A stretch of DNA of 64,000 nucleotides from Octopus sinensis. Taxonomy: Eukaryota. Position 1 is the first letter of the stretch. Each line of letters starts with the position of its first letter. The notes under the pieces are model-generated. The model did no database searches. It saw only the letters and a program-made list of their open reading frames with translations, and was not told where the DNA came from. The stretch spans positions 17,918,001 to 17,982,000 of the forward strand of contig NC_043017.1 of the NCBI RefSeq assembly GCF_006345805.1. Direction: 5' to 3'. The position numbers and the translations under genes were made by a program. Of the stretch, positions 63,831-64,000 are shown one piece after another.

Positions 63831-64000
63831 TCCATTGATGTTGATCGATTTCGATTTTGATTTGGATAGACAAATTCCACCTTAGAGATGATATACCATA
63901 GTGACAAAATCTTGGTCTGGCAGATGACAAGGTCACAAATGATCAAACACGTGTGTATACAAAAAGAATAAAGAAAACTATAAAAAATTTGATTTAGTAG

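Overview
Repeat-dense, AT-rich animal genomic DNA, most likely an octopod cephalopod; this is inferred from the SINE and microsatellite landscape, not from a database match. Two host genes are supported. (1) The last two coding exons of a C1orf21/DUF4612-like gene on the + strand (3845-3899 and 7098-7130), missed by the ORF track. (2) An intronless-CDS class A GPCR on the - strand (21776-22972) that closely resembles GPR22. The rest is transposon-derived. It includes a young full-length CsRn1-lineage Ty3/gypsy LTR element (28338-33607; 4-bp TSD, tRNA-Trp-type PBS, CHCC Gag) plus a related solo LTR, a decayed hAT transposase, a deleted mariner, RTE, CR1, Hero-type and several Penelope-like (PLE) remnants, several MITEs, four SINE-like families and long microsatellites. 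The most notable signal is a set of hammerhead-ribozyme folds on PLE-type inverted repeats, including a perfect 164-bp-arm palindrome carrying two back-to-back copies with an intact core (59852-60224). Also notable are a 184-bp tandem SINE array with ABABA higher-order structure inside one TSD, and a GGT-biased SINE insertion signature. All calls were read by eye with no searches run.
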